This document shows positions 12,183-24,283 of a DNA stretch of 64,000 bases, piece after piece. Every line of letters starts with the position of its first letter. Positions within the stretch are counted from its first letter, which is position 1. The DNA is from Flectonema sp. DT1601 (Eukaryota), in the NCBI GenBank assembly GCA_964019425.1, contig OZ025797.1, positions 434,001 through 498,000 of the forward strand, given 5' to 3'. The position numbers and the translations under genes were made by a program. The notes under the pieces are model-generated. The model saw nothing but the letters and a program-made list of their open reading frames with translations. It made no database searches and had not been told where the DNA came from.

Positions 12183-13226
12183 ATGAAAATGTCAAAGAAA
12201 GTATGCGTATTATGGATAGTTGCTGCTTTAATATGGATCTTGTGGGAGGGAGGAGAAATAGTCGGAAGCAGAAATCCAGAAACATTCGTAGAAGTGGTTA
12301 ATGATGCTACTCGTATGGGATTGTTGGAAGGTATGAGAACAGCTGTTTTAAATATTACTACAAAACAAGATTATGATTTCCCAACGATGATGAGATTATC
12401 AGCTGAGATGCTGACGGTAGTTAATCACGAGAAGGATCCATCGAGTGTTACTAATAACTTAACGTGTCCACCAAATCCTCATCAGGGAGTTCGAAAAAGG
12501 AACGGATGCATTAACTGCTCAAAATATAAAAGATACGTCAGCTATTGTGACACAACCGGAACACTATTTATGGATGTCAGACTACCATCATTTATTCATG
12601 TTATGGATACCATCGCTAAGAAAGCATCATTCAAACCTGGCATGAGAATTCTTGATTGGGGGTCTGGTTGTGGAACAAAACTAAACTACTGGCGCATGAG
12701 ATATGGAGTTCACGGAATAGGACTCGATTACACAAAAGTAATTGTCGACTATGCTACCGAGAGATCTCGTGATGGTCTTACTTTCTGCTGGGCTGATGGA
12801 TCAAAAGCACTCAAATATTTTCCTGATAACTCTTTCGATAGGGTTGTCAGCCATTCAGCTTTATACCACGTCATGCCTGTTAAATCACAATGTAAAGTCG
12901 TCTTACAAGCAGTTCGCATTACTAAACCGGGAGGTATTATTTGGTTTGGTCATTTCAGGTCTTCCCCAGCAATCAAATTCTGGAAAAGGGGAGCTTTTAA
13001 AGCTTGTCCGCAACTGCTCAATCTAAACGTCGATGCTCATATTTGGAAAGATACTCATATTTTCGAGGGAAAAGAATCTTGGTATAAGACAATAAACGCT
13101 ATAACATTGGTTATTATGAAGAAGGAGAGCAACTTAACAAGCCAAGGATCGCATGGCAGCACCAGTAGCGGTAGCTACAATGAAGTTGGAAGCGACCTGT
13201 CCGATTCGCATTCAGGTTCTAGATAA
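12183..13226 (+). CDS. Class I SAM-dependent methyltransferase with N-terminal membrane anchor
   Basis: Motif I ILDWGSGCG, FPDNSFDRVVS, RITKPGG; hydrophobic N-terminus. Confidence 0.8.
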   Translation: MKMSKKVCVLWIVAALIWILWEGGEIVGSRNPETFVEVVNDATRMGLLEGMRTAVLNITTKQDYDFPTMMRLSAEMLTVVNHEKDPSSVTNNLTCPPNPHQGVRKRNGCINCSKYKRYVSYCDTTGTLFMDVRLPSFIHVMDTIAKKASFKPGMRILDWGSGCGTKLNYWRMRYGVHGIGLDYTKVIVDYATERSRDGLTFCWADGSKALKYFPDNSFDRVVSHSALYHVMPVKSQCKVVLQAVRITKPGGIIWFGHFRSSPAIKFWKRGAFKACPQLLNLNVDAHIWKDTHIFEGKESWYKTINAITLVIMKKESNLTSQGSHGSTSSGSYNEVGSDLSDSHSGSR

Positions 13227-13269
13227 AAACATATGAGGCGGTGCAGAAACCCCCCCCCCCCCCCCCCTA

Positions 13270-15240
13270 GGGGGGGGTACAAGCTGTCGATAAAGTACTT
13301 TTTCCGAATTTTGGTAAATATAACCTTCCCGGGGGCAAAAAATACCCAGGACCCCATCAGAACCCCCAAAAATGTGATTTCGGGGCCGAAAAAACCTCGA
13401 TTTGGCTGATTTCGGCAAAGGAATGAAAAATCTCAAAAAGTGTGGACCGTGTGGTACCTGGGGGTCCAATTTTGAGGCCTGTGAAATGCACCTTCAAATA
13501 ATTTTTTTTTACAATGAGAAGAGGTGAGTCTTGGTGTGCCCCTGTATGCGCAGTTTGCTAATATACCATTTCCGTATCAGTTTCCACCTCAAGAACACGC
13601 CACGAAAGAGAGCAGCGCTCTCGCCCGGCCATGCTTGAGGTCACGAGGCTCACGGGCAGGATAACGCAGCTGAAAACGATGTTCTGCAGGGCAGCTCACA
13701 AAGTCATTCTGCGGAGGAGAGCATTGATCCCAGAGTGCATGAAAACACCTCCCGAGACATCCCTGAAGTCACTCAACAGCACTTGGACAGTCAGAAGTAA
13801 GATACGCATGAGAAAGGGGTCCAGAAACGTCCAGTATCTGAATCGCGATCACAGAAGGCTCAGAGAATAGAGAAAGCGCCACGTCTGTACCCCAAACAGG
13901 GATAAGCCTGAAGACAGCTGTAGTGGTAGTGCCTCAAATAGTAGTGCCATAGATAAGCAGCAGCGACATAGGGCAACATGCCCCATCCAAAAAGCCGTTC
14001 AAGGCATCACTTCAGAAGACCCAACCATACTCACCAGCGGGGCATACAAGACACTCTAGTACATGCAGCATTCGACGAAGTACGGAAGAGACATCGCTTG
14101 CAACTGTACCCAAGCGAGGGGGATTTACTCCTAGAGTCTTGGAGTCGTAACTACACTGCAGATATTGCGGCAAGAAGGGATCGGCGCAGAGAGATCCAAC
14201 AAAGCCCTGAGTGAGTGACATAGTTGACGTCGCCGGTGCACAGACAGAAGGGAAGCGGGTCGAAGTCCCCGATTATATCTCGAAGGACAGTCCGACATGT
14301 TGATGAATTCACAGGTGATCTGTCAGTGACCTGACTACTTGAAGCAGCAGCTTCCTCCTCACCCTCCGTCACATCGCTGCAACATGATACTTCCTCTAGT
14401 GCCCGTCATGCTCGTGGGCTGAAGCTAACAACCGTGGCGTTCGTTGTCCGCACCCCTCAAGGGATGGGGAGGTTATTCAGTGTGTTGTTGTTGATAGTTC
14501 TTAGTCAACTAACGGAACCATTGGAGTGAGGGCTGCCCTACTGATAACGTACAACATATTCCAGAGGCACATGGACTTCCAAAGGCTACCACATCAACGC
14601 AGGACCACCAACCCTCTTCAGATTGGCAAGAACAAGCACAACAGGAAGCGCTACAGGGGCTGAAAGTACCACTCCGTCTCACAGGGAAGACCTCTAGACA
14701 GCAAGGCCTAATGCTAATCTGCCATCCGCATCCAAGGATTGGTCCTCTGTCTATCTTGTACAGAAAGAAGCACAGCTTCGAGCCGAATTTCGAAAGCTGA
14801 GCACATGGGATGTTCAAGAGAAGGCCAGTAGCCTAAGCATCGAAGATGGGGGAATTAACGACCCGGGTCTGGTGGAGCATATTATTAGGTTCAAGATGGG
14901 TCGATAAAATCATAAATTGGGTTCCCATTTCATCCCCCACACAACTCAGAGGGAAACCCTGGCTATGGATTGCTCAATGCACGGAATTACTTATAATTTT
15001 TGTGAGCCCTCCTAACACACCCCTTGTTTTCACCCCCCTCAGGTACCACACGGTCCACACTTTTTGAGATTTTTCAAAGACTTGTTCTAAAGTGCCGAAG
15101 AACTGTTTCTTTGGATCGCAATCCCCATTTTTGGGGTATATGTTGTACTTTTCATAATTTGGGTGCCCAAAAAACTTGTTCTCCGGGAAAAAACCGAAAG
15201 TGCCCAAAATCTCCGTAAAATCGATGCTTGTACCCCCCCC
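13270..15240. mobile_element. Nested TIR DNA element, apparently non-autonomous, with TA target duplication
   Basis: Ends GGGGGGGGTACAAGC / GCTTGTACCCCCCCC, TA on both flanks; subterminal inverted repeat of about 36 bp (about 13425-13460 vs 15040-15075). Confidence 0.7.
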
Positions 15241-15371
15241 TACCCCCCCCCCCACCAGAACCAGAAATAATTTATATTTTATTTTTATTCTTTATTTCCT
15301 TTATTATTTTTGCAAAAATAGTTTTCTTTTTTTAATTTTCCTTTAATATTTATTGGGTAAAGGGGTCTTTC

Positions 15372-15945
15372 CTACACAAATAGTTTCAGAACTAACCATT
15401 CATTACAAAATCCAAAATGGCTGTAAACCGTCCAGTTCGATCCTGGGTGAGGGCATTTTTTTTTTTTCCTGATTTTTTTTTCAGGTTGGACTTTGTACGG
15501 GGAGGTTGGCTTTTATTAGTGGCTCCCCCCCCTTGGGGGGGGTTGGGGGGGGGGCTTGCACTCTTCCCAGCTTAATATCCATTAGTAGCAAATTTGTTTT
15601 TTGAGGTTGGACTTTGTACGGACAGGCAGACTTTGTACGGGAGAGGTTGGCTTTTATTAGTGGCTCCCCCCCCTTGGGGGGGGTTGGGGGGGGGGGGCTT
15701 GCGTTCCGCCAAGTTCTTGGCGGAACGCAAGCCCCCCCCTTGCACTATACCCCAGCTTAATACCTATTCTGGGTGAAAAAATCCTGGCCTGGGCGTCGGG
15801 TATCCAAAGTCAGTGCTCCCTCCGCTGAACCACATCCGCTCTTAAAGACAGGTGCGGGTCTCGATGCATCCCATATACAGTTTTTGGGTCCCCCAGCCAT
15901 TTTGGATTTTGTAATGAATGGTTAGTTCTGAAACTATTTGTGTAG
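15372..15945. repeat. About 52-bp inverted repeat pair enclosing a tRNA-like T-arm, a G/C-rich tandem duplication and a perfect palindrome
   Basis: 15372-15423 is the reverse complement of about 15893-15945; the duplicated unit starts aggttggactttgtacgg. Confidence 0.65.
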
Positions 15946-18248
15946 TAAACACTAGTTTGCCCATATTTATTTACCTTTGTAGTGTGAAGGAATACTATTT
16001 TAAGCTGTAACGGGTGCTCAACCTGTAGTACGTGGCCCCCGAATCCCCATATTCGACAGCACATATGGGATTTTTTATCGATACCAACTGTTGATTTCTT
16101 ATATTGCAACCAGGTTTGGCCGAACCTTATTCTCGTTTTTGCCAGTTTCAAGTTGCTTTCCATTTAATATTAGTATCAAGTTACCCCCCCAATTTTTACC
16201 AGGCTATTCTGTGGGCACCTAATACCCAATCCGAGCTCACCACCCCACGAAAATACTATCCAAAAAACTCAAATCCGGTACTGGGGCATCCTCTAACTGC
16301 TCACCAGTTTCAAAATTCTATATTTTTTGACTGTTTCTGGTACTTTTGCCTTGTGTCTCTGTTGGTTGCCCTCAAAATACTCAAAAACCAGCTTAGCAGC
16401 TACATTGCAGAAATTTGTTTACACCCTGGGTTCCTATGAAGACTGGAATGATAGGAACAGGAGAAGTGATGAGACAGGAGAATCATAGATCCCGTGAGAA
16501 CTGCAGAGTACGATATCGGGTGGTGATTCTGAGTCACCCTTGCTGGCAGTGATGATTGAGCAATGTGAGCATGCTGTTCACAATAAGTACACCCTCAGGA
16601 TTACTGGAGTTTTTCTAGAATCTATAGCCGCTTGAGGACGCTGCTACAAGCTCTATGTTCCAGTGGCTGGGGATAGCAGAAGTGAATAAGACTGGGATAG
16701 TAGTAGGAAAGGAATTGTGGAAGAATAGGGACAAGAAAGTGGAGTCAGTGGTTGCCTGTCAGTTGTAACACCTGACATGAAAAATCAGGTTCAATAAGAA
16801 CTGGTAACCACTAGTGGTACCATAATATAAAACTCCTCCAAGTATCAAAAAAAGGAGAGAGGCAGTTACTGTTACTGTTGAAAACATGATGACCTCGTAT
16901 CAACTAGTCGATAATAACTCCCCTCTAAAAGACACTATCTCATACACACAGTACTGTTCTCTACCTGGAGTTGAGTTTCAGCAGTTACGACGCTGTACGA
17001 ATGTGTGCAACTACCGTCTCATCGACAAGAATCCATGAAAGAAGCTTGCCTGCCCGGCATCTTCAGTATTCGCCACATGTATCTGTGATGTTGACAGACG
17101 TAATGGGTGGATCTCTGGGGCCTTCAACATCATCGTAACTTCCTTCTGGCGCTCATAAAGTCCGAAGCTGAGAAGCGAACAACAATGAGAGGAATTATTG
17201 AAATAGATTCTCACATTGGAGATAAGAGACATGTCAGGTGTATTGAGAAGATACATCTAATCCATCCTGGTGACTATATCATGACTCTGGATTATAAAGA
17301 AAAGGACTTCTAATGACAGAAGGGCCAAATTCCCCTTTCTATCAACAGGGGAAATAGTCTGCTTGGATGTGTACTACATGAGCAGTTTGGAACTGAGGTT
17401 CAGTGTGGCCATAACAACTTCCTACTCCCACACATCAACCAGAATACGATAGTAACGTATCCGGTTATGAATAAGTTCTTCTTGATGTCTGAGAATGATA
17501 AGATGATTCACTATTGGGCTGATGCTGGTAGGCACCTTGAGAACACAACCGTCATCAGCCTGTTCTGTAAAATAGGTTAATCAGCTTGGGTTAACTTTTT
17601 CCCTAGTCGGCATGGCAAGTCCGAATGTGATCAACACTTTGGCAATATCACATCTGTGCTGACACTCGAATCTAAATCGCAGGAAATCTGGGCCTTCAAG
17701 AAAAGCAAAATTTCAAACATAATTTCTACCAGTGCTACACAGCTTACAAGGCAAATGTTACTAGAAACAGTCAAAAAAGTGAAATTTTTAAACTGGTGGA
17801 CAGTAAAAGGGTGCCCCAGTACCGGATTTGAGTTTTTTGGATACTATTTTCGTGGGGTGGTGGGCTCGGATTGGGTGTTAGGTGCCCACGGGATAGCCTG
17901 GTAAAAATTGGGGGGGGGGTTTCTGCACATCCTCATATTCAAAAAACAAAAAAAAAGACAAACAAAAAACAGTTACCCTATTTTTTATAATACGATGATC
18001 ATTATTCACTATTTGTGGCATTCTGTTGATTTTCTTTTTTTGTTATATAAAAAAAACGCTACAATAAACAATAGATAAAAATAATTTTTTTCCCTCTGCT
18101 TTTTTATCAAATAATATTACATTTTTGCGACAGCTCAACTATGTTGTGAGTTTTTCTATTTTTCTTTTTGTTTTTCAAGAAAAAAATAATAATAATATTA
18201 ATTATAACAACTAGATTAAGTAGTGATTGTTGGCACAAAGAAACACAC

Positions 18249-19425
18249 ATGAGACCTGTCATTTTGAGTTTTATTATAGCCACTGTCATTGGGGCAAAGT
18301 TGAACTGCAGTAATTTATGCAACGTTGGTGATACTTGTATCCGTTCACAATTTCGTTCTGATATTGATATGTGTTCTTCAGATGGATATATTGCAACACT
18401 AAAGTGGATAGGAAGTGACGTTGTGTCTATAGAAAAAAAGAATACCAATAATGGATGTACACTTTACTGTGAAGGTGATCGTAATTCTCAACTTAGTTGT
18501 CAATCAGAAATGGATAACCTTGACTGCATTGATCCACTAGTGAGTGAGATATCTGTTTTTATAACAAATACCACCGACAGTTATAATTTCATAATCAATA
18601 CTAGTCGTATTATTACAAATGCTACCGGAAACATACATGAAATCCTCAATACTACGACAGTAGTTATGTCAGATTGTGATTCCTTCAAATGCATCACCTC
18701 TGATTCTAAAACATTATCTCATGTTGAAACTATTATTCCAGCTGCAATGCTTGGCCTAGTTCTACTATCAGTAGTTATAGTGGTCTGTATTCACTTCTTT
18801 TTGTTATTGAACTCTGTCGGCCTCGGCCGTTTTTTTGCACTAGGCTTTGGTGCCGACGCAGCCACAACTTTACCTCTACCCACGAAAGGCCTCCGCGCTT
18901 ATGTGTTTCTCCGCTGCCTTCCTTGCTGCAACTCTCTCGGGCGTGAGAGCTCGAACTTGCTCTTCCTCGCTCTTCCTAGCTCGTCTCGTGGTACGTAATA
19001 CTCAAGCATTTTGAATACTCTTGGTGTCCTAGTCGAGGTCAAATTAGTTTTCTCCCAATGACCCAGTGTCCATCCTTCACCTCCCAGGTCGAACTGACGG
19101 AGAATGCTCACGGCAAGGACCGCTGCCACCACGCGATCCTGCTCCACAGCTACCACTACGTACCTTCATCCTCTAGGCTAATGGTATTGGAATAGCTGGT
19201 TTTTTATTATTGGTTATTTCTTTTTTTATAGCAAAACTCTCATAATCTTTTTGTTGATAACATTTTATTGATGAATTGTCCTTGTCAAAAGAATTTTATC
19301 TGGGGAAAAAAAAAAAAAAAAAACAGGTTATTGCTAGACACCACAGGCGGCCATCGACCGATTACGTAAGGGCACCCCCTGAAACCGATGCTGATGAAAT
19401 GCTTGATTTTGATAGCGATGGTTAA
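18249..19425 (+). CDS. Single-pass type I membrane protein, two exons (18249-18782, 19327-19425)
   Basis: Signal peptide MRPVILSFII and Cys-rich ectodomain. Removing the GT-AG intron 18783-19326 gives TM ...LSVVIVVIA followed by RHHRR and an acidic tail. Confidence 0.65.
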
Positions 19426-19675
19426 ATAAACCTCTTGAACAACAATTGTTAGAATTCTAGTTGTAGACTTATTCTTGCCTTTACTATCTCAAAATATTGT
19501 TAACAATTCTTACGATGCTATAGGTGATGACTACACTGCTATCTTGTCTTAACTAATCACAGTGATATGTTTACTTTCTATTATTCAGGTAGGACGTTCT
19601 TCCGAGAGGAAGGATTCCAAACATAAAAGAGTGACCCGACTGTTGAATGTGTTGAGGGCGGGTAAGAAGAAAATA

Positions 19676-20829
19676 ATGGAAAATTGGGGTTTTGCCGGAT
19701 ACGATGAATTTCGAGATAAAAAATTTTTAAAAGGAGAAGAAGGAGAGGTGGTACTTGGAACAGTGACATCAAGTTCTATTGATGAGAGCATCATATCAGC
19801 GTTGCAATCGAAGACATGGTTTTCATATCGTAAAGGTTTTCATACTGGTGAAAAGAATGGAAAAACTAGTGATGCTGGATGGGGTTGTGTTCATCGATCT
19901 GGTCAGATGATGCTTGTATCTGCTCTCTCTCGACATTTAAAAATATCTGAAAGAAAATTATTAAAACATTTCATGGACTCACCCAGTTCTGAGTTTTCAA
20001 TAATGAACATCGCTTCTGAAGGTGTTCCTCTAGGAACACGTGTAGGAGATTGGTTCGCACCATCAACTGTAGCTAAATGTATAGCTTCATTGACTAAGAA
20101 ATACTCAACCCCAAAAGAGTTTCTTGGTTACAGTGCAGCTCCTCTGGATGTTATTGTAGCTGATCAAGGTCAACTGTACATGGAAGATATTCATAGAAGG
20201 GCAACAGTCGGAGGAGTGTTGTTATTAATTCCAATCAGACTTGGGTTAGATGCGGTCGAGTCACAATACGTACCAATTATCAAGTCGTGTTTAAAATCTC
20301 AATTCTCTGTTGGTATTATTGGAGGACGTCCTAAGCACTCGTTGCTATTTGTTGGATATCGTGGTAATCAATTAATATACCTGGATCCTCATAAAGTACA
20401 ACCTGCTTTCTTATCTCCAGAGACTGTTGGATCTGTTGTTGATCCTCATCGTCATTCTGTTCCAGTTCCTCAGATTGATCCTTCGTGTCTAATAACATTT
20501 TATCTCTCTTGTGAAGAAGATGTAAACCAATTAACCGCCCAACTAACAGCAATGCTTCAACCATTACAGTATCCAATGTTTTCGTTGCTTCAGGGTACGC
20601 CTAAGTCTTGCGCCGTGATGACAGGTTTGTTGCTTTTTTTTTTTTTTTTTTTTTTTTTTGTTCCGTAGATATTCTGACCGTGTAAAGGGATTCTGTCTTC
20701 GTTCAACGAAGAAACAGCAGTTGTTTCCAGTTGTTAAAAAAATAAAAAAGGTAAAATACAATAATCAAATCAGACTGCGCAGAGCTGGATAACGACACCG
20801 ACGAGGAAAGCGATTTTGTTCTTGTTTGA
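19676..20829 (+). CDS. ATG4: ATG4 autophagy cysteine protease (C54), copy 1, two exons (19676-20624, 20774-20829)
   Basis: WFSYRKGF, SDAGWGC, GIIGGRP, YLDPH; the predicted last exon encodes an acidic LIR-like tail DEESDFVLV*. Confidence 0.88.
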
Positions 20830-22021
20830 GCTTTTAGCATCACCCTGAAAATATATATAATTGTATAAACAAAAACACACACGCAAAAAACAAAAACGAA
20901 GAAAGCTTGCTGCCTTATCTTCTTTTCTTTTTTTTTTTTTCTTTCTGTTTTCTGTTTTCGTGTCTTTTTGCTTTAAATCTGTTATGTTGACTGCATCGAG
21001 AACTGGGGGTCTTATCAAAACAAGTCTTTCATCAGACAATTGGTTTTTTTTTGTTTTATCGTGCTGTCGGGGGAAGAACACTTTCTATTCCACCTGACAA
21101 AAGTTTCGTGAGAAGCCTCAGACTTGTACTCGAATCCTGCTAATGGCGGGTCTCAGTATTGGTGTTGTTTTATTCTTAAAATGTGCCTTCCTATTAAGTG
21201 AAACCGTCTCTCTGTTATCAGTCATCAGTCTCCCAAGTAAATGTGTTATAATGAAATACGGTGATTCGCTCATATATATTAGTTGTTTTGTTCAACTTCC
21301 CGACTGATTCGATTTTTTTCCATAATTTTTTTTTATTTTTTTTTTTTTTTTTTATAAAAAAGAATTTCCCAAAAAAGCTTGTTTTGCAGGTAATTCAAAA
21401 GGGGGAATTATTATTATTTTTTTCTTTTGTTGTTAGAAAGGCGATGTCAGAATTCAACGTATGTCCTGTGCAGGAAACATGACTTTAAATAAACTGACCG
21501 TATTTTTCTATTTTTCTAAATATCGCGTGCTTTTGATTCTAATTCATACGGAGAGATATAGTTAATATGTGTGGCTCAGTTTCTGTGGTACTTCTTTTTT
21601 GAAGCTACCTCTGAAGCGTGTGATCATTTCATGGAGAAATATTTATATGGGAATAGAAAAGATGACTCTTCACTCATCGTTTCTTTTCTTTTTTTTTTGT
21701 ACCGACGTAGTCGGAGAAAAAACTACTCAGATTGAAAGCCGATATTTATTGTGGTCATGGTTTATTTTCCCTGCTGCGTTCAACGAAATAAAAGGCTAAT
21801 CGGAACAGCAGTTTTTTTTTTTTTTTTTTTTAATTTTTTTTATATCTTTGATTTAGCATTATTTTTATAGCAAAACTCATATTCCATCTAACTAACAAAA
21901 AAAAAAAGAAAAAAAAAAAAAGAAATTTTCAAATGAGTGCGAGCTTTTTTGATCTTTTTGACATCCGTAACCAACTTGAACGGTTTACGGTGATACATGA
22001 AAAAGTGTTCTTTTTCAGTAT

Positions 22022-22278
22022 GATTCTTTTTCTAAGAAAGGACTCGATCACGGCTCGTGTCAAACAAACACGGTAATACAAAGTATGTAGTAATTCGCTC
22101 ACTATTTTCTTCGCTCTGTCTCGGCAATCTGTCTTTTGTGAGGTAAATTATTGATCGTACCTCTGATGTGGAATAGTTGTCGGTTTCTATATTGTAATTA
22201 TTGTTATTATTGTTAGTCGATACTCTCCCTCCCAGTCTGAAGCTTGCTTAGCTAACAGTCGTAGCTTTTAGTCATTTA
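22022..22278 (+). repeat. About 260-bp dispersed repeat; inverted copy at about 53340-53599
   Basis: Near-identical reverse-complement match between the two loci. Confidence 0.85.
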
Positions 22279-22685
22279 AAAAAAAAAAAAAAAAAAAGAA
22301 AGAAAATGTAACCATAAAAGAAAGAATGAAAAGAAGAAATTTTTTTTTTTGACAGGTTTTTGTTATAGCTTACTGAATCCGTTTTTTTTTTTTTTTTTTT
22401 CGAGCCATTCTTTTGCTTTTCTTTGTCAACAGGAATTCTATCTGAGAAACCTGGTAGTATTTTAAAGTGTAAGCTGGATACAAGTTGCCTCCTGTCCTGA
22501 TCTTGCGAGTAGCAAAGAATTTCTTTTTTTTTTCCCTCCGGTGAATGAAATGATTTTTCGCTGAAGTAGCATCGGAAGTACTTTAAAGATATCCTAATTT
22601 ACTTCTCAGCAATATGTTACTACAGAGGCACATAACATATTCACTTTACGTTTATATATATCTCCTAACACAGGATACAGTTGGC

Positions 22686-23720
22686 ATGGGTAATTGGGTT
22701 GTGTACTACAAGACTCCAAGCAGCTCATCATGTACAGCAAAGAGTTTACACGCCGAACCTGGTGAGGTAGTTGTATGTGGAAGACGTTTTGAAAAAATAA
22801 CAGACCCAGACCTAGAAGAACTCCTCAGGGCTAAGACGTGGTTTTCATATCGGAAAGGGTTCGCATTACCGAAGTCGGATGGTAAGACAAAGTTTAAATC
22901 TGACGCTGGATGGGGATGTGTTCATAGATGTGGACAAATGATGTTAATAAATACATTAGCAAGACACCTTCAAACAGAAGAAAACGCTCTCGTTCCTCTA
23001 TTCATGGACGTTGAAAGCTCTCCTTTTTCAATCTTAGCAATCGCAGGAGAAGGTGTCCCACTGGGAAAGAAAGTAGGTCAGTGGTTTTCACCAGGAATAG
23101 TAGCACGATGCATTCAAAGTCTCGTAAAGAAGCAGCAATCTGAAGGCAAAGTTCTTCATGAGAAACCTTTAGACGTAATAATCCCTGTTGATGGTTGTAT
23201 ATATCCTGAGTATCTACACAGTAGACTTGATCAGTATTCAGGAATATTATTACTAATGCCAATAAGACTTGGTCTTAATACTGTCTGTGGTCAATACCAC
23301 TACGCGATTCGAAGTTGTCTTGGCTCTCACTTTTCTGTTGGGATTATTGGTGGAAAGCCTAAACATAGTCTTTATTTTATAGGTTATAAAGGACGTCATC
23401 TTATTAGTATGGATCCTCATAAGGTACAAACTGCTTTTGTTTCTTTAGATACAGCAGGGGCTACTGATGATCAAAAACGATCGGTACCAATCCCTGATAT
23501 GGATCCTTCTTGTTTAATATCATTCTTAGTTACGTCTCATGATGCCATTGATGAACTGACTGCTCAGTTAGTTGATTTAGTTCAGGAGTCGAGGTATCCT
23601 TTGTTTTCTATCCTTGAAGGTACTCCACTAACTGAAGATGAATTAGCAAAGAGTGTTCTGTGTCTTGATGATGATGATGATAGTCAGGTAGATCTGGATG
23701 ACTCATTTGTGATTGTTTAG
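22686..23720 (+). CDS. ATG4: ATG4 autophagy cysteine protease (C54), copy 2
   Basis: WFSYRKGF, SDAGWGC, GIIGGKP, MDPH; C-terminal DDSFVIV*. Confidence 0.9.
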   Translation: MGNWVVYYKTPSSSSCTAKSLHAEPGEVVVCGRRFEKITDPDLEELLRAKTWFSYRKGFALPKSDGKTKFKSDAGWGCVHRCGQMMLINTLARHLQTEENALVPLFMDVESSPFSILAIAGEGVPLGKKVGQWFSPGIVARCIQSLVKKQQSEGKVLHEKPLDVIIPVDGCIYPEYLHSRLDQYSGILLLMPIRLGLNTVCGQYHYAIRSCLGSHFSVGIIGGKPKHSLYFIGYKGRHLISMDPHKVQTAFVSLDTAGATDDQKRSVPIPDMDPSCLISFLVTSHDAIDELTAQLVDLVQESRYPLFSILEGTPLTEDELAKSVLCLDDDDDSQVDLDDSFVIV

Positions 23721-23969
23721 TAAGCATTCTGACTTCTAGTATTCCTAAAGCTGGTAGAATGCTACTTTAGTTTTTAAAAATACCGCTTCGTAATATGCAC
23801 ACGACATACAAAAAGGAGAATGTACTTCTCAGTTTACCTTATTGCTGTTTCTACATTACAAACTATCACCTCTCCCATGACTCTCCCCCCTGGGGGGTAC
23901 TTGATATTAATTTTGTTTTTAATACCTAAAGTTGTTACTGTTTTCCTTACATTGTCAAAGTTTCACCCC

Positions 23970-24283
23970 TAGGGGGTAACTTGATACTATGATTAAATAC
24001 AGGGGGGGTACAACCTGTCGGTGAAGTACTTTTTTCGAATTGGTAAATATAACCTTTCCGGGCAAGAATTATTCAGGACTCCATTAGAACCACCAATAAT
24101 GTGATTCTGGGCCGAAAAAAACCTGGTTTTGGCTGATTTGGGCAAAAAGGATGAAAAAACTCAAAATCCGAACGTGCCTAAAATCTCCATAAAATCGATG
24201 CATGTTCCCCCTCCTCTGAGCTTGATAATACGGTATCAGTTTACCCTCCCTGACAATATTTAATCATAGTATCAAGTCCCCTA
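23970..24283. mobile_element. Nested MITE-like elements
   Basis: 24002-24212 is an internally deleted relative of the 13270-15240 element, with both ends retained. It sits between inverted repeats ggggtaacttgatactatgattaaata / tatttaatcatagtatcaagtcccc. Confidence 0.65.

Larger units (their letters stand above)
13235..17934 (+). mobile_element. Decayed Sola-like DNA transposon with long TIRs, interrupted by nested insertions
   Basis: Termini GAGGCGGTGCAGAAACCC / GGGTTTCTGCACATCCTC, flanked by ATAT on both sides. The TIR continues at about 16184-16365, matching about 17745-17919. Transposase remnants MTLDYKE, HYWADAGRH and NFFPSRHGKSECD lie at about 17270-17645. Confidence 0.75.

Noticed and set aside
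4839..13226. FkbH, protease and methyltransferase as a biosynthetic gene cluster
   Set aside because: No PKS or FkbI/FkbK-type dehydrogenases nearby; the methyltransferase and protease look secretory; co-orientation is window-wide.
13631..15255. Short ORFs inside the nested element as genes
   Set aside because: Fragmentary, on both strands, with no recognisable motifs.
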